A stretch of 64,000 nucleotides of DNA, from contig CBDFLJ010000001.1 in NCBI GenBank assembly GCA_965248835.1, positions 1,504,001 through 1,568,000 on the forward strand, read 5' to 3'. Shown in pieces: positions 1 to 8,458 of this stretch. A model generated the notes under the pieces. The model was not told the DNA's origin and did no database searches. It saw only the letters and a list, made by a program, of their open reading frames with translations. Each line of letters opens with the position of its first letter. Position 1 is the stretch's first letter. Position numbers and translations under genes: made by a program. The stretch comes from Alphaproteobacteria bacterium (GTDB taxonomy: Bacteria > Pseudomonadota > Alphaproteobacteria > MPNO01).

Positions 1-645
1 GCGATCCTGACCGTCGCACTCGGGCTTCAGCCGGCAATGGCGCTGCTGCTGGTCCCGTCGCTGGTGACCAATGTCTGGCAGGCCGCCGTCGGTGGGCACC
101 TCCGGATGATCATCGCCCGGACCTGGCCGCTCCTGCTGCTGGCGGCCGTGACGGTGTGGATCGGCGCCGGCGCGCTCACCCGGGTCGACGTCGCCTGGCT
201 GTCGGCGCTGCTCGGGCTCCTGGTTGCGCTTTACGCGGCGGTGAGCCTGGCCGGGTTCCGGCTCACCATTTCCGAGCGGCGCCGGGTCTGGGCCGGCCCG
301 CTGGTGGGCGCGGTGAACGGGGTTCTCACCGGCATGACCGGCTCGTTCGTCTTCCCGGGCGTGCTCTACCTCCAGGCGATCGGCCTGCCGCGCGATGCGC
401 TGATCCAGGCGATGGGGATGCTGTTCACCATCTCCACGGCTGCGCTCGGCATCGCGCTCGCCGGGCGCGGCCTCGTGTCGGCGGAATTCGGGCTGGTGTC
501 GTCCGCCGCGGTGCTGCCGGCGCTGCTCGGCATGGTGATCGGCCAGCGGCTGCGCAAGGCGATGTCCGATGCGCTGTTCCGGCGGGTCTTTTTCACCGCC
601 CTGCTGGCGCTCGGCCTCTACATCATCGCGCGGTCGGTGCTTTGA
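1..645 (+). CDS. TauE/SafE-family (sulfite exporter-like) membrane protein, 5'-truncated by window edge
   Basis: Frame is open from base 1 (AILTVALGLQPAM...). Highly hydrophobic, with LLLVPSLVTNVWQ and GVLTGMTGSFVFPG motifs typical of TauE/SafE. Confidence 0.8.
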   Translation, partial: AILTVALGLQPAMALLLVPSLVTNVWQAAVGGHLRMIIARTWPLLLLAAVTVWIGAGALTRVDVAWLSALLGLLVALYAAVSLAGFRLTISERRRVWAGPLVGAVNGVLTGMTGSFVFPGVLYLQAIGLPRDALIQAMGMLFTISTAALGIALAGRGLVSAEFGLVSSAAVLPALLGMVIGQRLRKAMSDALFRRVFFTALLALGLYIIARSVL

Positions 646-715
646 CGGCCGGCCCGACGGTGGTCGCCGTCCTCGGCCTGCTGCCGGTCCTCGCCGTCCC
701 GTTTCGGCGGCGCGG

Positions 716-2233
716 CTAATCCAGCGTGTGCAGCTCGCGCCGCAGGATCTTTCCGGTCGATGTGGTCGGCAGGTCGGGGACGATCTGGACCTCGCGCGGG
801 ACCTTGTAGGCGGCCATGTGCTGGCGGCAGAAGGCGGCAATATCGTCCGGCGCGGCACTCCCGCCGGGCTTGAGCACGACATAGGCCTTGGCGATCTCGC
901 CCTTGTCGGCATCCTTCCTGGCGCCGACGCCGACCATGGCGACGGCCGGATGGCCGGAGATCACCCGCTCCAGCTCAGCCGGGTAGATGTTGAAGCCGGC
1001 GGTCAGGATCATGTCCTTCTTGCGGTCGACGATATGGACATAGCCGTCCGCATCGCGCTTGGCGAGGTCGCCGGAATGGAGCCAGCCGTCCGGCTCGATC
1101 GTCTCGGCCGTCGCCGCCTCGTTGCCGTAATAGCCCATCATCACGAACGGGCCCTTGACCATGAGCTCGCCGACCTCGCCGTCGGGCAGTTCCCTGGATG
1201 CATCTTCCGGATCGACGATCTTGGTGCGGTGGTAGAGCATGTCGACCCCGACCGAGCCCAGCCGGTTCTCGCCATAGGAATGCTGCATCACCGCGGGGCC
1301 GGCGAGCTCGGTCATGCCCCACAGCTCGAAGACCTCCACTCCGGCGCGCGCGGCCCATTCCTCCGACTTGGCGACCGGCATGGTCTGGCCGCCGACCACC
1401 GAGCGGGTGAGCGATGACAGATCGAAGGTCTCGAACGCCGGATGGGCCAGCATGTAGAGATACATCGTCGGCACGCCGTCGGTGATCGTCGCCTTGTGCT
1501 CCTGGATCGCCGCCAGCATCTCGCCGGCGTCGAACCGTTCGAGCAGGACCAGGGCGGAGCCGAACAGGAAGCAGAGGTTCAGGATCGCGCCGCCATAGAC
1601 ATGCGCACACGGCAGCGCCGTCAGATGGATATCCGCGCCGGTGCGCATGTTCATCGCCGCGGTGATCGCCGCGTTGAGGACGACGTTGCGGTGAGACAGC
1701 ATCGCGCCCTTGGGGAACCCGGTGGTGCCGGAGGTGTAGCAGATCGTCGACAACGCCTCGGCGGAGACCTCCGGCGGCTCGAAGGACGGCGCGCCGGCAT
1801 CGACCAGGTCTTCGAAGCTCGCCGCGCCCTCGAGCGCGCCGCCGATCACGATCACCTCGGCGAGGTCGCCCGCCCTCTTCAAGGGTAGGATCGGCGCACC
1901 GCGGTCGGCAGTGGTGAACAGCGCTTTCGCGCCGCAATCCCTGACCACGAAGGCGACCTCATCGGGCGTCAGCATGACGTTGATGGGGTTGAGCACCGCG
2001 CCCAGCTTGGCGATCGCGTAGTAGCTGACGATCCATTCCCAGCCGTTCTGGGCATAGAGCGTCACCCGGTCCCCCGGCGCGACGCCAAGCTCTCTCAGGC
2101 TGTTGGCAAGCCGGTTGGCCATGCTGTCGAACTCGGCATAGGAGAAGGACCGCCCGCCGAAGACCAGCGCCGTCCGGTCGCCGAACCTGGCCGCGGCCTC
2201 GCCCGGTATCTGCCCTATCGTCTTGTTCAACAT
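716..2233 (-). CDS. AMP-dependent acyl/aryl-CoA ligase
   Basis: YTSGTTGFPKG AMP-binding motif, WGMTE, GWLHSGDLA, DRKKDMI and TSTGKILR. Confidence 0.92.
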   Translation of the reverse strand: MLNKTIGQIPGEAAARFGDRTALVFGGRSFSYAEFDSMANRLANSLRELGVAPGDRVTLYAQNGWEWIVSYYAIAKLGAVLNPINVMLTPDEVAFVVRDCGAKALFTTADRGAPILPLKRAGDLAEVIVIGGALEGAASFEDLVDAGAPSFEPPEVSAEALSTICYTSGTTGFPKGAMLSHRNVVLNAAITAAMNMRTGADIHLTALPCAHVYGGAILNLCFLFGSALVLLERFDAGEMLAAIQEHKATITDGVPTMYLYMLAHPAFETFDLSSLTRSVVGGQTMPVAKSEEWAARAGVEVFELWGMTELAGPAVMQHSYGENRLGSVGVDMLYHRTKIVDPEDASRELPDGEVGELMVKGPFVMMGYYGNEAATAETIEPDGWLHSGDLAKRDADGYVHIVDRKKDMILTAGFNIYPAELERVISGHPAVAMVGVGARKDADKGEIAKAYVVLKPGGSAAPDDIAAFCRQHMAAYKVPREVQIVPDLPTTSTGKILRRELHTLD

Positions 2234-2245
2234 CGCCGGATTCCT

Positions 2246-3124
2246 TCAGTCCAGAACGAAATCGAAGACCTCGCCCCGGCGCCGGACACGGCCGACGGAC
2301 GGCGAGGGGAAATGGGCGGTCATCACCACCGTGGCGGTCTCGCAATGGGCATCGAGGAAGGCCCGCCTCGTGGCGGCCGACCGGACGGGGTCGAGGCAGC
2401 CCACCGCGCTCCAGCCCGGCTCGCGGCATTGCAGCGGCGTATGGCAGACATCGCCCGACAGCACCGCCCGATGCCCCTGCGATGCAAGGTTGATCGCGAC
2501 GTGGCCCGGCGTGTGCCCGGGGGTCGGCTCGAACCAGATCTCATCGTCGAAGGCGTAGTCGTCATCGACGATCTCCGCCTGTCCGGCTTCCAGCACGGGC
2601 AGGACGGAATCATCGATGCAACCGTCGGAAAATTTCTTTCCCTTCCTGTTGATCTCCACCCAGTGGTCGAGCTCGGTGCGGGCGAAGACGTAGCGCGCAT
2701 TGGGAAAGGTCGGCACCCACCGCCCGTCGACCAGCGTCGTGTTCCAGCCGACGTGATCGGCATGCAGGTGGGTGCACATCACGAAATCGATGTCGTCTGG
2801 TGCCAGCCCGATCGCGGAAAGCCGGTCGAGATAAGCGGCCGAAGTGCGATGGGACCACGGCTTGTGGAAGCGCCGCTCCTTGTCGTTGCCGACGCAGGTA
2901 TCGACCAGGATGGTGTGGCGTCCGGTCCGAAGCACGTAGGACTGGACGGCCATCACCAGCTTGTCGCTCGCCGGATCGAGAAATCGGGGCTCCAGCCATT
3001 GGCGGTGCGGCGCCAGCGCCTCGGGCGTCGCATCGGGCAGCAGAAAGCCGACCGGAAAGTCCGGCTCCTCGGTCTCGACGACTCGATGGTAGGTGATGCC
3101 GCCTATGGTCCCGCCCTGCGTCAT
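2246..3124 (-). CDS. Metallo-beta-lactamase-fold hydrolase (lactonase-like)
   Basis: THLHADHVG, PGHTPGH, SGDVCH and C-terminal AHF motifs. Start placed at ATG 3124 (MTQGG), just after the upstream gene's stop. Confidence 0.9.
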   Translation of the reverse strand: MTQGGTIGGITYHRVVETEEPDFPVGFLLPDATPEALAPHRQWLEPRFLDPASDKLVMAVQSYVLRTGRHTILVDTCVGNDKERRFHKPWSHRTSAAYLDRLSAIGLAPDDIDFVMCTHLHADHVGWNTTLVDGRWVPTFPNARYVFARTELDHWVEINRKGKKFSDGCIDDSVLPVLEAGQAEIVDDDYAFDDEIWFEPTPGHTPGHVAINLASQGHRAVLSGDVCHTPLQCREPGWSAVGCLDPVRSAATRRAFLDAHCETATVVMTAHFPSPSVGRVRRRGEVFDFVLD

Positions 3125-3135
3125 CGCGCGCCCGC

Positions 3136-4014
3136 TCACACCCCGTTTGCGAAATCGACAATCAGGCGGTTGAAGGCGTCCGGGTGCTCGCGGTAGGTGA
3201 AGTGGCCGGCCTGGTTGAAGATGTGCATGTCGGTCCGCTTCTCCTTCTCGGTCAGCATCTCGAACAGTCCGAACCCCTGGTCGAGCGTCGCCGTCGGGTC
3301 GTTGGCGCCCCAGACCAGAAGGTTCGGCCGCTGGGTGCCGCGGCTCAACAGTGTATCGAAGGTCTGGGCCTTCTGGCGGCCGAGATGGGGCAGGAACAGG
3401 CTCCTCAGCAGCCCGCCGGCGTTCATCTTCTCCGCCGCCTCGATGCATTTGGGCAGCCCGGCGACGCGCACGAGCTCGTCCAGCCAGTCCTCGGTCACGC
3501 ACGAGGCGTGGTAGGAGTAGTGCTCCATCACCCAGCGCTGACTTTCGCGGCTGAGGTTCGGCCGCGGCTTGTCCCGGAACACCAGGCCGGTCCGGCTCTC
3601 GCCCGGCCCCAGCGTGCCGGTATCGACCATGATGTTGGACGCGATGCGCGCGGGGTTGTCCAGCGTCATTCGGCAGGTCAGGTAGGCGCCGCGGGAATGG
3701 CCGATGATGTGGCATTCGCCGAGGTCAAGGACTTCCAGGCAGCGCAGCGCGTGGTCGACCACCGCCTGCATGGTGTAGTCCTCGTCCGTGCGCGGGTTGT
3801 CGGTCTCGCCCTGTCCGATCTTGTCGATCGCCACCACGCGGCAGTGCTCGGCCAGCCCGTCGAAATTGAGGTTCCAGTCCGCAGCGCAGTCCGCGCCGTC
3901 GAGCGAGCCGAAATTGCCGCCATGGAACAGCACCACGGTCGGTCCGGTCCCTGCCTCGAAATAGCGCGTTCGGATGCCGTCGACGTCGATGAATTTTCCC
4001 TGGCTCAGATCCAT
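3136..4014 (-). CDS. Alpha/beta-fold hydrolase (meta-cleavage-product hydrolase-like)
   Basis: HGG oxyanion loop, GHSRG nucleophile elbow, WGAND acid and GHF catalytic His. GAGGA RBS upstream. Confidence 0.88.
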   Translation of the reverse strand: MDLSQGKFIDVDGIRTRYFEAGTGPTVVLFHGGNFGSLDGADCAADWNLNFDGLAEHCRVVAIDKIGQGETDNPRTDEDYTMQAVVDHALRCLEVLDLGECHIIGHSRGAYLTCRMTLDNPARIASNIMVDTGTLGPGESRTGLVFRDKPRPNLSRESQRWVMEHYSYHASCVTEDWLDELVRVAGLPKCIEAAEKMNAGGLLRSLFLPHLGRQKAQTFDTLLSRGTQRPNLLVWGANDPTATLDQGFGLFEMLTEKEKRTDMHIFNQAGHFTYREHPDAFNRLIVDFANGV

Positions 4015-4028
4015 AGCGTGTCCTCCCC

Positions 4029-4907
4029 TCAGGCGGCGTGAACGAAGCTTTTGATCACTTCGTTGAACCGCTTGGGATGCTCGCGGTAGCTGAAGTGGGC
4101 GGCGTGGTCGAACACCTGCCAGCGGGCGCAGCGCTCCTTCTCGGCCAGGATCCGATAGAGCGCCTCCGTCTGGGCGTGCGAGACCGTCTCGTCGTTGCGG
4201 CTCCAGACCAACAGCACCGGGCGCTGGATGCCGCGCGCGCCGAGGGTCCTGAACATCGCTTCCTTGTCGGCCAGAAGCCCGGGCAGGAATTTGGTCCAGA
4301 GAAATCCCTCGTCATTCATCTTGGCGACCGCCTGGCGGTATTCTGGACGCTCGGTGATCCTGACCAGGGCATCGAGCCACGCCTCGCTCACATGCGAGGG
4401 ATCGTAGGAATATTGCTCCAGCACCCAGCGCTGGGCCGCCCGGCTCAAGGCCGGTTCCGGATTGTTGGCGAAGACGTATTCGTTACGCCCGGTGCCCGGC
4501 GCGCAGGTGTTGCTGTTGATGATCGTGCATGTCGCCACCAGGTCGGGGTGATCGACGGTCACCCGGCAGGTCACATAGCCGCCGCGCGAATGGCCGATCA
4601 GGTGGGCGTTGTCCACCCGCAGCGCCCGCAATGTGGCCGCGGCATGGCGGACGACCGCTTCCATCGTGTAGTCGTCGTCGACCTTGGGGTTGCCGGTATG
4701 GCCCTGGCCCAGCTTGTCGAAGGCGATCACCCGGGCCCATTCCGCGAGCCCGTCGAAATTGAGGTCCCAGTCCTCCGATGCGTCCGCCGAGGTGGTCGCG
4801 CCGAAATGACCGCCATGGACCAGGACCAGGGTCGGGCCCTGTCCCTTCTCGAAGTAACGCGTTCGAACGCCGTCGACGTCGACGAATTTCTCCTCGCAGC
4901 TTGGCAT
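4029..4907 (-). CDS. Alpha/beta-fold hydrolase, tandem paralog of 3136-4014
   Basis: Start MPSCEEKFVDVDG after AGGAGG. Has HGG, GHSRG, WSRND and AHFSYREHP motifs. Same length (292 aa) as its neighbour and colinear with it. Confidence 0.88.
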   Translation of the reverse strand: MPSCEEKFVDVDGVRTRYFEKGQGPTLVLVHGGHFGATTSADASEDWDLNFDGLAEWARVIAFDKLGQGHTGNPKVDDDYTMEAVVRHAAATLRALRVDNAHLIGHSRGGYVTCRVTVDHPDLVATCTIINSNTCAPGTGRNEYVFANNPEPALSRAAQRWVLEQYSYDPSHVSEAWLDALVRITERPEYRQAVAKMNDEGFLWTKFLPGLLADKEAMFRTLGARGIQRPVLLVWSRNDETVSHAQTEALYRILAEKERCARWQVFDHAAHFSYREHPKRFNEVIKSFVHAA

Positions 4908-5014
4908 CGCCGCCTCCTGATGCACCGATCGGTTCGCCGGCGGGGGAACTATAGCGCGGCCGCGCGCGCGATGGGATGGTTTGCCGGCCGGCCGGGGTCG
5001 AATATGCTTGTGCG

Positions 5015-6133
5015 ATGACCGCACCCGGACCACCGTTCCGCGCCGAACATGTCGGCAGCTTCGTCCGGCCTGACCGGCTGCTCGATGCCGTGCGCGCGCA
5101 CCGCGCCGGCACGATCGATGACGCCGCGCTCCGGGCCGTCCAGGACGATACCATCGCCGAGGTCGTCGCCTTCCAGGACGCGGTCGGCATGCCTTCGGTT
5201 ACCGACGGAGAGTTCCGCAGGCGTTCGTGGTCGGCGGGCGTGATCGATGCGCTGGACGGGCTGGGCCTGCGCGAAGAAGGGGTGTTGACGTTCAAGACCG
5301 CCTATTCCGACCTCGGCGTCGCGTCATCGCCCTATGCCGCGCGGCGGCTGTCGCGCCGCCGCCCGATCGTCGCAGACGACTACCGCTACCTGAAATCGCT
5401 CGCGCCGAAGGGCGTGCCGAAGGTGACCATGGCTTCGCCCCCGGTGCTGCACTTCTTCCTCGGACCGCGCAGCTTCGAGACCACGGCCTATCCCGACCGT
5501 GATGCGTTCTTCGCCGATCTGGCGCGGATCTACCGGCAGGAGATCGACGATCTCGCCGATGCAGGCTGCACCTATCTGCAGCTCGACGACACCGCCCTGC
5601 CGTGCAGTTGCGATGCGACCGCACGGGCCGGCGTGCGCGCCCGCGGCGAGGATCCCGATGGCCTGACCGAGGCTTACGTCAAGCTGATCAACGACGCGGT
5701 CGCCGGCCGACCCGACGGTATGACCGTCGCCGTTCACATGTGCCGCGGCAACCTCAAGGGCATGTGGATGGCCGAGGGCGGCTACGAGCCGATCGCCGAG
5801 CGGGTGCTGGGCGGGCTCGACGTCGACCTCTTCCTGATGGAATACGATACCGACCGGGCGGGCGATTTCTCGCCGCTGCGCCACTTGCCCGCCGGCAAGG
5901 TCGCTGTCCTCGGGCTGATCAGCACCAAGACGCCGGAACTGGAGTCGCGCGAAGACATCCTGCACCGGATCGACCTGGCCGCCCAGATGGTTCCGATCGA
6001 GCGTCTGGCGATCGGCCCGCAATGCGGGTTCGCCTCGGGCGGCGGCGGCGGTCAGGTCGTCGGCCACGACGACACGCGACGGAAGCTCGAGCTGGTCCTG
6101 GAGATCGCCCGCGAGGTCTGGGGCACCACGTGA
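5015..6133 (+). CDS. Cobalamin-independent methionine synthase II (MetE C-terminal-only) family Zn protein
   Basis: RAEHVGSF, TDGEFRR, LQLDD, HMCRGN, EYD and PQCGFAS (His/Cys/Glu/Cys Zn site). No N-terminal folate-binding half. Confidence 0.88.
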   Translation: MTAPGPPFRAEHVGSFVRPDRLLDAVRAHRAGTIDDAALRAVQDDTIAEVVAFQDAVGMPSVTDGEFRRRSWSAGVIDALDGLGLREEGVLTFKTAYSDLGVASSPYAARRLSRRRPIVADDYRYLKSLAPKGVPKVTMASPPVLHFFLGPRSFETTAYPDRDAFFADLARIYRQEIDDLADAGCTYLQLDDTALPCSCDATARAGVRARGEDPDGLTEAYVKLINDAVAGRPDGMTVAVHMCRGNLKGMWMAEGGYEPIAERVLGGLDVDLFLMEYDTDRAGDFSPLRHLPAGKVAVLGLISTKTPELESREDILHRIDLAAQMVPIERLAIGPQCGFASGGGGGQVVGHDDTRRKLELVLEIAREVWGTT

Positions 6134-6213
6134 GAGCTCCGGCCTTGATCGCCGGCCGGACCTGGGATTAGCTTGACGGGCCGCGCTCAGCAAGCGCGAA
6201 GCCGGGAGCCACC

Positions 6214-7386
6214 ATGGCAAACAGGACCAGCCAGGCCGACAGGGACAGAAGGTTCTACGCGCCCTATCTCGATGCGGCGTGGGGGCTCAAGAACCATTGG
6301 TATCCGGGCCTGTTCAGCCACGAGATCGCCGACGGCGAGGTCAAGGGCATCCAGATCGCCGGTGTGCCGATCCTGCTCAGGCGCGCCAAGGGCACGGTGC
6401 ACGCGCTGCTCGACCGCTGCGTCCATCGCGGGGTGAAGCTGTCGCTCCATCCGACCTGCCTGACCGAGGACACCGTGTCCTGCTGGTATCACGGCTTCAC
6501 CTACAACCTCGAGGACGGCGGCCTGGTCTCGATCGTGGCCGCGCCCGACGACGAGATCATCGGCAAGGTCAAGCTGCGCACCTTTCCGGTCCAGGAGTTC
6601 AAGGGCATCATCTTCGTCTTCGTCGGCGATGAAGGCTACGCGCCGGTCCCGCCGCTTTCCGATGACCTGCCGCCGGTCATTGCCGGGGACTACGAATGGC
6701 GCGCGGCCCACCCGCTGGACGAGGACGCGGCGATCCTCGGCATCCATCGCACCGGAAACGCCAACTGGCGGCTCGCGGTCGAGAACGGCTTCGATCCGGG
6801 CCATGTGCTGATCCACCGCGACAACATCCTGGTGCTCGCTTCCGGCCGTTCCCTGGCGCTGGGCTACAAGCCGGTCGATGACGGCGCCATCAAATCCTTC
6901 GAGGGCGACGGCCCCAAGGGTCTGATGAACATGTACGACACCGACAGCTACGAGCCGGTGGTCAAGAACGAGCGGCTCAACCTGACCAGTGCCGCGCGCA
7001 CCGAGTTCAAGTTCGTCGGCATCCGCACCTCGATGTTCCTGCCGGGCGTCTTGATGGTGGAGAACTTCCCCGAACGCGGGCTGGCGCAGTACGAATGGTA
7101 CGTCCCGATCGACGACGAGCGCCACGAGTACTGGCAGATTCTGGTGAAATGGTGTCCGGACGACGACGCGCTTGCCCAGTTCGAATACCGGTTCGAGCAC
7201 TATTACGAGTCGATCGTGCTGCGCGACTTCAACGACCGCGATCTCGATGCGCGCCAGGCGATGCAGCCGTTCTATGCCAATGGCGGCTGGCAGGAGGAAA
7301 ACCTGTGCAGCCTGGACTCGGTGATCGTCGGCTGGCGCAAGCTGGTCTCGCGCTACAACCGCGGCATCCAATCGCCGCAACCCTAG
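6214..7386 (+). CDS. oxoO: Rieske non-heme iron oxygenase, 2-oxo-1,2-dihydroquinoline 8-monooxygenase (OxoO)/CarAa family
   Basis: Rieske CVH...CWYH and mononuclear Fe motif ENGFDPGHVLIH. Segments PYLDAAWGLKNHWYP, GIQIAGVPI, LPGVLMVEN and QYEWYVPID match my recollection of OxoO better than CarAa. Confidence 0.8.
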   Translation: MANRTSQADRDRRFYAPYLDAAWGLKNHWYPGLFSHEIADGEVKGIQIAGVPILLRRAKGTVHALLDRCVHRGVKLSLHPTCLTEDTVSCWYHGFTYNLEDGGLVSIVAAPDDEIIGKVKLRTFPVQEFKGIIFVFVGDEGYAPVPPLSDDLPPVIAGDYEWRAAHPLDEDAAILGIHRTGNANWRLAVENGFDPGHVLIHRDNILVLASGRSLALGYKPVDDGAIKSFEGDGPKGLMNMYDTDSYEPVVKNERLNLTSAARTEFKFVGIRTSMFLPGVLMVENFPERGLAQYEWYVPIDDERHEYWQILVKWCPDDDALAQFEYRFEHYYESIVLRDFNDRDLDARQAMQPFYANGGWQEENLCSLDSVIVGWRKLVSRYNRGIQSPQP

Positions 7387-7389
7387 ACC

Positions 7390-8412
7390 ATGGCTGACAT
7401 CCGACTGGTCTTTCGCGACGGCCAAGAGCAACGGGTCTCTCCGGAGCCCGGCGAAACCGTGCTCCAGGCCGCGCTGCGCTGTGGCCTGGCGCTGGTTCAC
7501 CAGTGCGAATCGGGAAGCTGCGGGACCTGCATCGTCCGGCTGCTCGACGGCCAGACCGAAACCGTTCCCGGCCGCACGCTCGCGCTCCTGGACGGCGAGG
7601 TGCGCGACGGCTACCGCCTGGCTTGCTCGATCCGCCCGTTGGGCGCCTGCAGCTTCGGGCTCGATTATCCGGCGACCCTGCTCAGTGGACCGCAGCCGGC
7701 GGTCCGCAAGGCGAGGGTGGGGGCGCTCGACTGGGCCTCGCGCTCGGTGATCCGGCTCGACCTGGTGCTCGAGGACGCCGATGATTTCGCCTTCACCGCC
7801 GGCCAGTATGTCCGCATCCGGGTGCCCGGCACCGATCAGTGGCGGTCCTATTCGATGGCCAGCACGCCCGGCGATCTGCCGCGCATGAGCTTCCTGGTCC
7901 GCTATCTCGAAGGCGGCGCGATGTCGGGCTGGCTCGACGAGATCGCCGCGCCCGAAATGGAGATCGAGATCGACGGCCCGATGGGCTCCTTCGGTCTGGT
8001 GGAAAGCGAGGGCCCGATCCTGATGCTCGCAGGCGGGACCGGGCTCGCCCCGTTGCTTGCCATGCTCGATGCGCTGCGCGTCCGCCCGGGTCCGGCGCCT
8101 GACATCGTGCTCGGGTTCGGCTGCAACACCATCGAAGATCTGTTCTGCCTCGACGATCTCGAGCTGCGCGAATTCTGGATGCCGGGCCTGTCCTTGCGGA
8201 TCGCGGTCATGGCGGCGCCCGAAGGCGCGTTCGACGGACAGGTCGGCGATGCGGTCTCGCTGATCGAACCGGCGGATCTGGAGAAGCCGGGCCTTACGTC
8301 CTATCTTTGCGGGCCGCCGGGGATGATCGAGGCGGCGCGAAGCAGGCTGATCGACGGCGGGATCGCGCCGGAGCGCATCCGCAGCGAGCCGTTCCGCCCC
8401 AGCGAAGCCTAG
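7390..8412 (+). CDS. oxoR: [2Fe-2S]/FAD/NAD reductase component (OxoR-like)
   Basis: N-terminal CESGSCGTC...C ferredoxin, RSYS, GAMS, AGGTGLAP and YLCGPP. Starts 3 bp after the oxygenase. Confidence 0.8.
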   Translation: MADIRLVFRDGQEQRVSPEPGETVLQAALRCGLALVHQCESGSCGTCIVRLLDGQTETVPGRTLALLDGEVRDGYRLACSIRPLGACSFGLDYPATLLSGPQPAVRKARVGALDWASRSVIRLDLVLEDADDFAFTAGQYVRIRVPGTDQWRSYSMASTPGDLPRMSFLVRYLEGGAMSGWLDEIAAPEMEIEIDGPMGSFGLVESEGPILMLAGGTGLAPLLAMLDALRVRPGPAPDIVLGFGCNTIEDLFCLDDLELREFWMPGLSLRIAVMAAPEGAFDGQVGDAVSLIEPADLEKPGLTSYLCGPPGMIEAARSRLIDGGIAPERIRSEPFRPSEA

Positions 8413-8458
8413 AACATGATCCGAACATGCCCAGCCGGCCAGGAAGGGGACGCACGCA

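Noticed and set aside
2246-4907. Three consecutive genes each exactly 879 bp
   Set aside because: Two are paralogs. The MBL gene is unrelated in sequence, so its equal length is most likely coincidence.
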